The translations under genes and the position numbers were made by a program. DNA of 56,657 nucleotides from Basidiobolus meristosporus CBS 931.73. Taxonomy: Eukaryota > Fungi > Basidiobolomycota. Where the stretch lies: assembly GCA_002104905.1 (NCBI GenBank), contig MCFE01000576.1:1-56657 (forward strand), given 5' to 3'. Below, in pieces: positions 13,228 to 24,066 of this stretch (positions are counted from its first letter, which is position 1; each line of letters starts with the position of its first letter). The notes beneath the pieces are model-generated. The model saw only the letters and a program-made list of their open reading frames with translations. It was not told the origin of the DNA and did not search any database.

Positions 13228-14160
13228 TTACATGGTTTTGACCTTGCCACGGAAGTCCTTCAAGCTATTGTATCCTTTTCTCTGCATGATTTCCTGGAAT
13301 TCCTTTGTAACGCGCTCAAAGAGCTCTGGTCCCTCTTCGTATAAGGCGGTACCAATTTGGACGATTGAGGCCCCGCAGAGGATATGCTGGAACACTTCAT
13401 TACCAGATTTTACTCCCCCACAACCGATCACCTTCTTCTTAGGGCAGCGGCGGTAAAAAGCGTTGACGTTGGCGAGAGCGGTGGGGAGGACGTAGTCGCC
13501 GCCAATTCCACCAAACCCGTTCTTGGGCTTGATTACTACACTCTCACTCTCGGTGTCAACTACCAGGGCATTGCCGATGGAGTTGATGCAGGTCACAAAC
13601 TCAACCAGCTCTACACCATTGAGCACTTCAGCAACCTGGTCGAAGTGAGCAATATCAAAATAAGGCGGGAGTTTAACGCCGAATGGCTTTCCGTACGCCT
13701 CCGCAATTTTGTGAAGTGCGCGCTCCATCGCCTCAATATCATACCCAAGCTGTGGTTTCCCGGGGACATTAGGGCAGGAGAAGTTCACTTCGAGTATGCA
13801 TGGCAGTCCTGTCTCTTTGAAGGCTAAGACCATTTTGAGGTTATCTTCCAAGGAGAGGCCAGCAAGGGAAACAAAGAGTGGCTTTTTCTTGTAGTCATGT
13901 TTTTTGGCATACTCTAGGTAGTATTCATAGCCTTCATTAGGCAATCCCATGGAGTTGATGCTTCCTAAAGGAGTGGCTGAGTACCGTGGCTCAGGGTTGC
14001 CCATTCTACGTTCGATGGTAGCACTCTTGGTCACGAGAGAACCCGCAGCACTGGACATAAGCTCTTCAAGTTCCTTGTACGAGCGACAGTGAACTCCAGA
14101 AGCGTTCATCAAAGGGTTGTCCAAGTTCTGACCGAGAAGCTCAGTGGAAATATCCATCAT
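13228..14160 (-). CDS. URA1: Class 1A (soluble, fumarate-type) dihydroorotate dehydrogenase, intronless, about 310 aa
   Basis: NASG, VTKS, GSINSMGLPN, catalytic SCPNVPGKPQ loop, KLPPYFD, GGIGGDYVLPTALANV, GCGG; no N-terminal mitochondrial or TM extension; likely start at ATG ATG 14160. Confidence 0.92.
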   Translation of the reverse strand: MMDISTELLGQNLDNPLMNASGVHCRSYKELEELMSSAAGSLVTKSATIERRMGNPEPRYSATPLGSINSMGLPNEGYEYYLEYAKKHDYKKKPLFVSLAGLSLEDNLKMVLAFKETGLPCILEVNFSCPNVPGKPQLGYDIEAMERALHKIAEAYGKPFGVKLPPYFDIAHFDQVAEVLNGVELVEFVTCINSIGNALVVDTESESVVIKPKNGFGGIGGDYVLPTALANVNAFYRRCPKKKVIGCGGVKSGNEVFQHILCGASIVQIGTALYEEGPELFERVTKEFQEIMQRKGYNSLKDFRGKVKTM

Positions 14161-15249
14161 ATTGTATGTACGACTGGTGAAAGTGTGACCCAACAGTTGC
14201 ATTTCTCGATTGACATGAAGGTATTTATATTTAATTTACTCGCAAAGATTTGGTAATGTATCCTGGGATTGTATATCTGGATATCTAATGAACAAATGAT
14301 TGGCTAAGCTCAGAAGCCTGGAAGAGCCAAGTGGCATTCTGTATTTACCAAGCTATCAGTGCAAATATATTTGCTTCCAACATCAAATTGATTACTATAT
14401 AGGACGGAAATCATTGTCTAGAATCAAACTCTAGATAGATAGGCAATGCATCGATTGATCATCATTAATCGAATCTTACCAGAGCTCCGGAGCAAATATT
14501 CGATGCAAAATTGCACAGTGTCGATTTATGAATCAGGACGTACGTGTCCATGCACGCCAACCCAACGCAATTAGAGTGATAGTGAATGTTGCATCTGGCC
14601 TCCAAATTACGATTTGTGATGTTGACGTGAGGTAGAATTGTTGGTAGTTGCTGAATCCTTGGACAATTGCAGCGGTAGCAGATTGCCGCCAGAAAAGCAA
14701 GAATTTTGGGCTAAGTATCGGGTGCCCGGAATAGCACGAACCTCTCTTCCTAGATCTAGTACAGGGCGTGTCAAGATTTGCATAACATTGTTGCTCTGCT
14801 GGATCAATGATTATTAGATACTCACGCGCCCAGGGTGCTAATTGATTCCAAATAGATCAGATTGGAAATTATACCTATATACTCCATGCTAAAGTTAGAG
14901 GCGGGGTGATTCAATTGAACTGATGGTAAATCATCACTGCTATTGGCTTGTAAAACTAGTCATCAGGGTCATCAGTTATTCAATTGAAGGCTATTCAAGT
15001 ACAGAAAATATAGCATTTCGGCTAGTCAGCGGTTTGATGGAATCCTGAAATGATGATCCCTCTAGAATGCAACCAATAATAGAGCTTTGGGTTGGTGCAG
15101 ATGCGTTACAGGGTGGAACAGCTGTTCTAATTTATCACGAATTACGAGTATTATATAGATTCAAACTTTGAATTATCAGGCCGTTGAACCTTGGTCTGTT
15201 GCTTCAAATCGCTTGTGTGAACTATCTTGGAGTTGTTTGAATTTGCTCG

Positions 15250-16818
15250 ATGCAAGCACTTTCATTCTTTCGTTTAGCTAAACGAAATGCTCTGGTTTCA
15301 TTTCCTCTTCGGTCTAACCTTACCAGAAACTACACCTTGTCTCGACCTCTAACCACTGCATTTAAGAATCATTTTTCATTACCGAGCACGAAGACTACAC
15401 CATATTTAAAGGCACCGCATGTTATTACCCGTACGCATAACTTATCCCGAAATTTTCACTCCTCGTCTGTGACGCAAGCTCCAATTCCGGTCATTCCCAT
15501 ACTTGCTGCGCTATTCAAGTCTCCGGTTACCGCAAATGTAATTCGTATCTTATCACGGCTGTCATTGAGCCTATTGCCTTGGATAAAATACAGCGGAAAA
15601 GGCAGAAGAATGACTCGCGTTTTATTGCTGATACCCGTATTGGGAGTTGGATTAAGCGCCGTCGCGGGAATTGAGCGAGCCCCACATACAAACAGGCTCA
15701 GATTCTTGTTTGTAAGCGAGGAAGATGAACGTCAGCTAACCGAGGAGCTAGTCAATGAGACTTTGTCAGGCGTTACGATACTAGAGGATTCAGACCCTCA
15801 AGTCCAGTTAGTAAGACATGTTTGTAAGAACCTGTGCCGCGGACTCAGTCCAGACCATCAACACCTTAGAACGTATACTCCAGACGGCAATGGGATTAAA
15901 CTAATGATAGATCCTGGGCATATTTCACAAGATGCTTTAAAAGAGGCTGGTAGCTTAATCGATAGCAATGCTGATAGAGGGACGCTGCCGGAAAAGGGAG
16001 AGGAGTCGAGTGAGAACCCCTTCCACGTCTATGTAGTCAAGGATTCGGACGTTAATGCTGCTTCTTTCGGAAGATCCTACGTCATTGTTGTCAATACAGG
16101 CTACTTGGAATACATACAAAACCAGGAAGGATACTTGGCAGCTACACTTGCTCACGAGATTGCACACATTTTACAAAGACACACATGTGAGGGTCATGGT
16201 TTAAGCCATCTAGCATATATGGTTACAGGTATTTTTCTCGCTACATGTTTATCTTAGCTTGTCACTGACCATTGCGTAGACATCGTCAGGACCCTGCTAT
16301 GGATCCCAATGGCAGCACTGGGTCCATTCTTCACTGATTTGGTGTCTAGCTTCACCGAGAATGTGATATCCACCACGGTCAACAACCGGTACAATCAACC
16401 TCTGGAGCATGAGGCGGACGCACTGGGCTTGGAATTGATGGCGCTTGCTGGCTACGACCCTGAATACGCCGTTGAATTTTGGAGGCAATGTGCCCAGGTG
16501 CCAACCACTTATATCCTATACGATCCGGACAACGACCCGAAATCAATTCAGCAGATCGAGGAAAATTGGTTCCGCACCCATCCAACCGATTCCTCAAGAG
16601 CCGAAAGATTGGAGGCTCAATTGCCGATGGCATTGACTCTGTTCGAGGAAACCTTGAAGAAAAATGGCCCCGCCCCGTTGTTTTCTACTGACGCAGAGAA
16701 CATGGCATCCTCGGATCTTCCTGCGTCCAATGACCAACATCTCCTGGCCAGGGTTATAAAGAAGGTGATGGAGCTATGGTATGGGCCCGTAGTGGAGCCA
16801 AAAACTGAGAGTAAATAG
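15250..16818 (+). CDS. OMA1: Peptidase M48 (OMA1-like mitochondrial metalloprotease); intron 16229-16279
   Basis: Basic/Ser-rich presequence-like N-terminus, ERAPHTNRLRFL, NAASF, LAHEIAH (HExxH), EHEADALGLELMALAGYDP, WFRTHP; splicing GT16229..AG16279 restores frame (MVTDIVRTLLWIPM). Confidence 0.85.
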
Positions 16819-18226
16819 CGATTTTGATCATCCCTAATAGCCTCACTATTCTCCTTTACACGTGCTACAAGATGCTCCTTGAATTCCCAACGAGCGTCGA
16901 CATAGGATTAATGAATTCCAAAACTAAGTAAACCCCATGTATCCCTAGCCCCATATTAGAGCTAGGTTGTTCCTGTTGTACTTGGCTGATTTCTGCCGAG
17001 ACAAGCTTTTAGGCCTATTTGGCGAGGTAAAGGGCTAGAATATCATTTCCCACGTGGCTGCTCAAACATTGTTCGCCTTCTCGGTATTCATAGATGGTGG
17101 AATGGTAAGAATTCTCCAGCATAGATCTAAGCCAGTGATAAATGCCGAAAACAAATCGGACTATTCCGCGCGATCTCTATTTAGAAGTCATTCTGGAAAT
17201 CCACTGCACCAGTCAATGACTCCCGCCCTTTGTCGGAAGGGCCAGGGTGGTGGGGGGGGGGGTTGCAAGGTTGACTTTGACAGCCTTGACCAGCTTTGGA
17301 GAGATCTAAATGTTGGCGAAGATCTGAGGAGCCCGTGACCATATATAGAAATGCCAGGAATGCCGTTGGTGGAAACATCCATGAGTCATAGGGGGACAGA
17401 AGCCATCTGAGAAGCTTTGGCTGGTTGAATCCATTCCATGGAATATGCGGATAATTTGTTATTCAACAAAGCCGCGTGCTTTGGAAGACCTTTGTGCCGC
17501 TGAGTGTTTCAACAGAGCAGGAGCCCAGCACCGAAATCGGCCTGCAGAGTGATACCAACGGATTTCTCGACTGTTCTCAATCCCAACCAGAGTTGTTATT
17601 AACTGGCCGTTGGTTGCGGGATGGGTCATCAACTAGGTTATCATCGCACCAGCGATCTCCTGATCGAATTTCCTAATAGGGGATGTTGATGGAAAATCGC
17701 CAAATTGAACAAAATCGTGTTGGATGGAAGTCGTAGCGGTTTGATCGAAGACAATCGGATATATTGCGGATATGGCCAGCTTGAAGGTACATATAGGAAT
17801 CGGCTTGCAGGCCAGCTCACTAGCTGGGCTGCCGAAACTCTAATACACCCCTGATCTGGCTCATCATACAACGGATTATCTGTGATTAGATTACTGCCAT
17901 TATGGGACATGGTGTGGTGGGTGGAGTTTCAGTCCGATACGGCGGTTGCCAATGGTTGGTGTAAACATCGCTAGTCCATACATCCACCCTACTCTCGAAT
18001 AATCTTCCATTTTCCCCAATCAGTTCGGGACGAGGCTTATTGGTTCTTGGTCTGCGATACACGCGCCACACTGAATCGTGGTCTGTAAAGGGATGTACGT
18101 ATGAATACGATACGGGTGCAACGGTGGTCGGGAGAAAGATCAACCAGCAGTTGGTGTTTTCATATAGCTTTATTACAGAATTAACATGATTTCATTGTAT
18201 CTTGGCACTCGAGCCGTGGTTGCAAT

Positions 18227-19594
18227 TCAGAAGTGTTCCAGGACTGACTGCTCGGTAGTGGTGTATAGTACGTTGCTCTTCTGGAAGCCGTTGAATTGTG
18301 AGGCCGCGCACATGGTGTACGCCCCCATGTTCTCGAAGTAGACCCAGTCGCCGATATTCAATTCGGGGAGCGAGTCGCTCTTGACAATGCAGTCGATTGA
18401 GTCGCATGTAGGGCCCCACATGGAATAATCATACCTGACATCATTGACCTTCTCTCCATATGCATATACTCCTCGTCGTTTCAAAATCAATGGTTCCACT
18501 GATTGGTGGTCGAACATGATGCAGTTGAACGAACCGTAGACTCCGTCATTAATATAATACATGAAAGCAGGGTGGTCGTCCATGGTTGGTGCTGAATCAT
18601 TGACTATTTCTCCGTCAGTGTTGATTGCCGTGGTGCCCGAGTCGCGAATCACCATTCTTCTGGCCATCACATTGCAAGCAAGAGTAAAGGCAGAGCTGAC
18701 AAAGTAACGTCCTGGCTCGGCGATAATGCGCACTCCACAGCCGGGAGGGAACAGTTGGGCCAGGGTGGTGCGCAGGATTGCCGCTATCTCGGGGAAGGTT
18801 GGCCCGTTTTTAATCATTGGACTAGGAAAGCCTCCGCCAATGTCGAGAAAGTTGAGGTTGAACCCAAGGGACATTCCTTGATCGAATACAAAGCGAGCAC
18901 GATGAACAGCGTCCGCAAAAGCTCCGGCGTCGTAGCAGCCGCTGCCTACATGGAAACTCACCCCAATGACATCTAGATCCAGGTCCTTGGCGGTTTGGAG
19001 AAGTGTGCCGGTAACGTCCAGTGACGCGCCAAACTTCAGGCCCAACTTGCACAGGGCCTTGGAGTCGTCGGTCAACACGCGTAGCACCAGCTGTGCGGTA
19101 GGGTGGATGCGCTTGATCTTGTGAAGCTCATCGGCGTTGTCAAATGTCATCATCGTGATTCCGTTTTCGTATGCGAAACGGATGTGAGAGGCCTGCTTGC
19201 ATGGGTTGGCAAAGATAATCCTGCAAGGATCAACGCCTAGGCTCAAAACCATCTCAATCTCCTTCAGACTGGCGCAGTCGAAATTAACCCCCAGCTTGGC
19301 CAAGAAGTGCAGGATCATGGGATCGGGGTTGCATTTGACTGCGTAGAATGGCTCAACGGAGGGAAGCAAGGCGTGCCACTGGACGTACTGGCGGTAAACC
19401 TCGCCAAGATCAGCCACAAAGAAGGCTTCTTCGGAAGCATCCTCTGGCATAACCTGCTGCGCCATGAGTTCGGCGACAGAGCCGAATTCTATAGGCTCGC
19501 GGGTTTCCTCGGCAGTCAGCCTTGATTTCAAGTCGGATCTGGCCGAGGCGGAGGTTAGCTCGTTGGCAGAAACGGTTTCTAGGATGTTCTTCAT
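18227..19594 (-). CDS. SPE1: Ornithine decarboxylase, intronless, 455 aa, catalytic residues intact
   Basis: PFYAVKCN (PLP lysine), FHVGSG, DIGGGF, AEPGRYF, YINDGVYGSFN, WGPTCDSID (catalytic Cys), GAYT. Confidence 0.96.
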   Translation of the reverse strand: MKNILETVSANELTSASARSDLKSRLTAEETREPIEFGSVAELMAQQVMPEDASEEAFFVADLGEVYRQYVQWHALLPSVEPFYAVKCNPDPMILHFLAKLGVNFDCASLKEIEMVLSLGVDPCRIIFANPCKQASHIRFAYENGITMMTFDNADELHKIKRIHPTAQLVLRVLTDDSKALCKLGLKFGASLDVTGTLLQTAKDLDLDVIGVSFHVGSGCYDAGAFADAVHRARFVFDQGMSLGFNLNFLDIGGGFPSPMIKNGPTFPEIAAILRTTLAQLFPPGCGVRIIAEPGRYFVSSAFTLACNVMARRMVIRDSGTTAINTDGEIVNDSAPTMDDHPAFMYYINDGVYGSFNCIMFDHQSVEPLILKRRGVYAYGEKVNDVRYDYSMWGPTCDSIDCIVKSDSLPELNIGDWVYFENMGAYTMCAASQFNGFQKSNVLYTTTEQSVLEHF

Positions 19595-19714
19595 GATATG
19601 GTCGGTATTAGTCTAATAGAAAAGGTTGATGGGATTTTCTCTCTGGAGTTAAGCAGGTATCGAGGACAGCAGAGGCGGTAGAAAAGGAAGACCGCGATAA
19701 ATAGTTATACGATG

Positions 19715-19798
19715 TTAGGCGAGGCCGAGAGAGTAGGGCAACCAAGGAGGTGGCACTGGGAAATCCTTAACCGCAGTTAGTGAAGATTGTGCGAGAAT
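19715..19798 (-). promoter_or_regulatory. Non-AUG upstream ORF (uCC-like) ending ...FPVPPPWLPYSLGLA* in the ODC 5' leader
   Basis: Manual translation: ACC-ATT(19798) ILAQSSLTAVKDFPVPPPWLPYSLGLA-TAA(19717-19715); PPW at 19750-19742; stop 120 nt upstream of the ODC ATG; no ATG on this strand between 19594 and about 20080. Confidence 0.75.
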
Positions 19799-22170
19799 GG
19801 TCGCGATAATGAAAGCACTTCTCCAGGGATGGGAAAAGTGCGGAGGCAAAGGTTCTGATCACGGAGCAAAGAGGCTTTTCAGAGGCGAAGAAAAGTCAAC
19901 AGGCTGCAGCGCTTGGGGGTTACTGCGTCAGATTAGGATCGGTGGTGAAGGTTGATAGATGGCCACCGAGGTGTGTAAAGGGCAAATGCGTTGATCAGTG
20001 AGCTTGGAAGATAAATAATATGACTTCGAATCCAAGCGAGATTGGTTTCTTTTATTGCCAAAAGCCCGTGACAAATTCGTCTTACCCATCACGCTCCAAT
20101 CAATGGGCCAAGTGTACATTACATTTATGGATATTTGGAAAGAAATCCATGTCCAGGAGGCCGAATAAAAACACCTGCCGACATACAATATAGTCTTGCT
20201 TATAAATATTAGCACCATGGATGCCAGTATGGGTGATCCGATGAATTGTGGAAGTGAGGCCTGCAATCAACTGGCGATTTGATGAATTAGGGTCGAGGCT
20301 GGAGGCAAGGTTGTTAATAGGTTGCACCCATATGACCGAATGGCCCATTGGTGGTTGAGAGATGCTAACATGGTTGACTGATGGATATCCCTGATCGGCC
20401 ATATGGTGGGTCGTGGTGTACCGCTCACCAGATGCTGTATATCAGGAGGAAATTGTGAATTGGAACAATGTCGTTATCAACGGCATCTAGCGCATGCGTG
20501 TCGACGAGCACGCTCAACTCATCGCACGAGAGGCAGTCAGCAAATGATTGTCAAGGTGCTGGACACCTTTCAGACACCCCAGCTAGTAACCGTATTACAC
20601 AGAATTCATTCTAATTTTATCGTCTCGTCATATGACAGGCCTTTGTGCCTCATGATATCCTGGTGCCATGGATACATATGGGCCTCATGCATTCCTTTTG
20701 GTCTAGTAGGGCGGCATGACGAGCAGTGTGCCCTGCCATCCATGACTCAAGCCATATTAAGGATAGCTCTTGAGACACAGGAGTGGTACTGCGACTGAGG
20801 GAGCATTTCCCGGCCATGCTAAATCAATTTACTAATTTAAGCAATCAAACTAGCTCGCTTTATGGACATACTATACATTTTGCCAGTCATGCGTAACGGA
20901 CTGTTCTAGTGAATGTTATTTATCGCCACACTGCCGAGCGAATAATTACCTCCTAATGAGCGGTGATTATCGTGGGCTCTTCCATCGGCCCGAGGTCATA
21001 TGCTGGGCCATCCATACTGGATAAATGTTGCTCCTGATGTTCAGCTATCTGATTTCTGCCATATGGCCTCCAGTCACGATCTTCCATGCTGATGGCCAGG
21101 AAACTCCATGTGCACAGTTTGGTTTCAATCATGAATCAACGTCCACACTGCTTGACTTGCTCCAAGAAGTTGCCTTCGTTTTCATGTGGTGATGGTACGG
21201 CAATCCGGAGCTGTGCAGTAGCCAATCTCATAGCGACCACACCGCAATCATGATCTATTCGGTGTCCAATCACTGCTACAGCTAAATATACATTTGAATT
21301 TGGAGCTTGCAGCCAGGCCAGCGCTGGATCTCTTGCCGATGCTCTGCCTTTCTTGTGGATCAATAGCGATATTACGCACGCCCTCCGCAGGCTGATATTA
21401 GGGAATGGTGATGAGCGAAGCATGGTACGGGGCATGAGGACGCAGTCGGGATTTACGTGAGCAGGATGGCTGGAGTGGGCCAGTGTCCGGGAGTTAGCTG
21501 TTCATTGACTGGACCTTCTGTTTCTTCCCAATCTTAGGACTCGTCAGCATTGGATCACCCCAGAATTGTTCTTCCACCAGGTGCTGGGCTTACATCATTT
21601 CTGACGGAACTTGCTGGATCTGGTGAACGTATGGTGAGTGTGTTCTAGTGGTACCAAGAGTATTGCATTTCCCTGGTCAATCTTGTCTTTCTTTTCCTCA
21701 GCGGTGCAAAGCCAATGACGGTGTAGTTTGTGCAATATCCATTGGCTACAAGGGGTAATTACTGTGGAAGCCAATGAGATCAGTGGTTTGGTAAAATCAA
21801 TCTCGACAGCACCGACCTTCCAGTCCAGCTGCATCTGCAATAAATATGCCCTTTGCCAAACTGTAACGGGTATGAAAGCCCTGCCAGCGCTGCATGCATT
21901 AGACTAGCCAAACTCTAACCAGCTTTCCGTTGGTTTTAACCAATTGACCTCGGGTTGGTGCTCGATTTTCTATTCAAAGAATTCTGGCTACGAAGTGATG
22001 CTTATTGGCAATTATCGAAGCTATAGATGCCTAAAGTGTATCTATTTCTCCAAATAGATCAATTAATCCGCCGGTGTATCAGAAAATTAAAGCATGGTTT
22101 TTTCCTACTTTTCTAGCACCTTATAACGATATCCTGCTGCCATCGTTTGTAGTTCACGACTTCCCCGCTA

Positions 22171-24066
22171 ATGAACGTTCCCACGAAGTTCAACCTTCCC
22201 GAACTCCCCATTCATCCCCAGGTGGGTAGGAGTCGCACCTTTCCCGATCTCCGGCAAAAGGCCCTTTTTGCTACTTTCTCTCGCCTGGTTACCTGCTTGG
22301 TTAACGAGAAACTAGTACATTCCAGACTTGTGCCTGGCGGTCTTTTTGATGATTTTAAGCATCAATGGTGGTGTATCGTCACTACTTCAGAACACCATAC
22401 CTCGGATACAGAATACATATTGCAGCAAAAAGGAGTGTTTCTTCTACCTCTGTTACACCGACCGATCACCTCTTTGGTTGGTAACGTTGAAGAAATACGT
22501 TTGCTTGATCCGATGGATTGTGACTATCCTTGCTATGTTGTTGGAGACTGCTCCGACGCTGATACGGTAAATAATAGCCCGTTGATTCGCGCTTTTTCTC
22601 TTTGTTTACATTTTATTTGTTAGAATTCTGTTGTCCAATTGAGTTCACAAGTTGATCCTTGTAACTTGTTGAAGCAACTTGGCGAATGGCGTGGGCTTGA
22701 GCAAAAGATTGTTAGTTCCGTTTGTGGAGAACTTAGTAGTGCTGTGGAGCATGTCGAACAGGCGTACATCTCACGGAAGCCAACTCCTACACTCAAGTCC
22801 AGTAGTGTTGACTGGGAACAGAGTATTGTGGAGGGGCACGCAACTCATCCGATGCACAAAACCAGATACGCTGTTGCACCTATACCCCCCCTCTCGAGTA
22901 AGACTGATTTAAGTCATCCAAACCTTCATTTTGTTGTAGTTCCAAAAGACCAGGTCGTCATCCGCGGGGAATTCCAACAGTTACTGAAGCCGCTTATCTC
23001 CGACTTACAGAAGGAGGAGCTTGAAGGTTTCGATCCCGAGAACCATGTCATCATTCCTGTGCATGAGCTGCAGTTACCCAACGTCACTTCGAGGTTTCCG
23101 TTTGCAAAACTTCTTTCGATTACACAACCTGCCGAGGCGCTTGCTGCACTTCGTACGGTTGCACCAGTGAATCTTCCCGAATACAATTTGAAGTTACCAA
23201 TAGGCATCAAAATCAGCTCAGCAATGCGTACTGTTAGTCCATGGGCAACATACATGGGTCCGGCTATGCGGCCTGTTGTTGAACGCGTAATCGAAGATAA
23301 GAGGATTCTTAAGACAGCAATCGAACTGGCTAGCGTTGTTGTTAAAGATGATGATACTGATGTTGCCAAACATCTAAGCTGTATCATCCGCCAGGATGTA
23401 GATAATGTTATCAAAGGCTTGAACGAGAAGGCGATAATTTGTTGCGCTCTTGTGGAACGTGACGAGAACGGTGACAGTTTTGTTGTAAAAACGTTCGGCC
23501 TGGACAGTCACGAAAAGCGTGTGGACTTCTTTAAAAGATATGCGGCCGTTTACTTGAAGGCCTTTGTCACCCCCGTTGTTACCCATGGATTGACATTTGA
23601 AGCACATGGCCAGAACACATTGTCTAGATTTGATGCGGACACTGGGTTGCTCCAGGGCTTCGTCATCAGAGACTTTGGGGGTATTAAAGTACACCAAGAC
23701 AGTCTTGAAAAATCCACCGGTATGCGAGTAGATGTCTTACCTGATGGTTCTTGCGAAGCCGAAACCCTGGAAGAAGTCTACCAAGTAGCCTACCACACCA
23801 TGTTCAACTGCCATCTCTACCGGTTGATCCATGCGCTCGACCTTCATTATTCCGGCGAAGGCTGGAAGATTGTTAGAGAAAACCTGTGTTCACTCATTCC
23901 CAAGGACTCATTTTTGTACGACTTGTGGCTAAGGAAACCAGAGGTGGATCTGAAAAGCTTCATTCTAATGAAGCTTGGCGGTCTCTACCGCGACTACGTT
24001 TATTGTAAAGTACCTAATATTTTGCTGTATCAGAACGAAGAACAAACCAGACTACCCCTTAATTAA
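22171..24066 (+). CDS. rfs: NRPS-independent siderophore (IucA/IucC) synthetase, rhizoferrin synthetase-like, about 612 aa; intron 22567-22623
   Basis: EQSIVEGHATHPMHK, IPVHELQ, ALRTV, KLPIGIKISSAMRTVSP, FEAHGQN, IRDFGG; phase-0 intron GTAAAT...TTAG joins the two track ORFs in frame. Confidence 0.9.

Noticed and set aside
13384-13827. 147-aa plus-strand ORF
   Set aside because: Antisense to DHODH; no motifs
17641-18143. Two minus-strand ORFs downstream of ODC, considered as a siderophore tailoring gene
   Set aside because: Non-ATG or weak starts; no acetyltransferase, monooxygenase or transporter motifs; likely 3' UTR or intergenic
21700-21790. Two GCCAATGA boxes as possible HapX/CBC sites
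   Set aside because: They do not fit the bipartite CSAAT-N12-RWT spacing on manual check
19928-21840. Several 80-130 aa ORFs between ODC and rfs
   Set aside because: No recognisable domains, mutually overlapping, no consistent splice structure
22094-22126. 10-codon AUG uORF 45 nt upstream of rfs
   Set aside because: May lie upstream of the TSS; no conserved motif visible; cannot be supported
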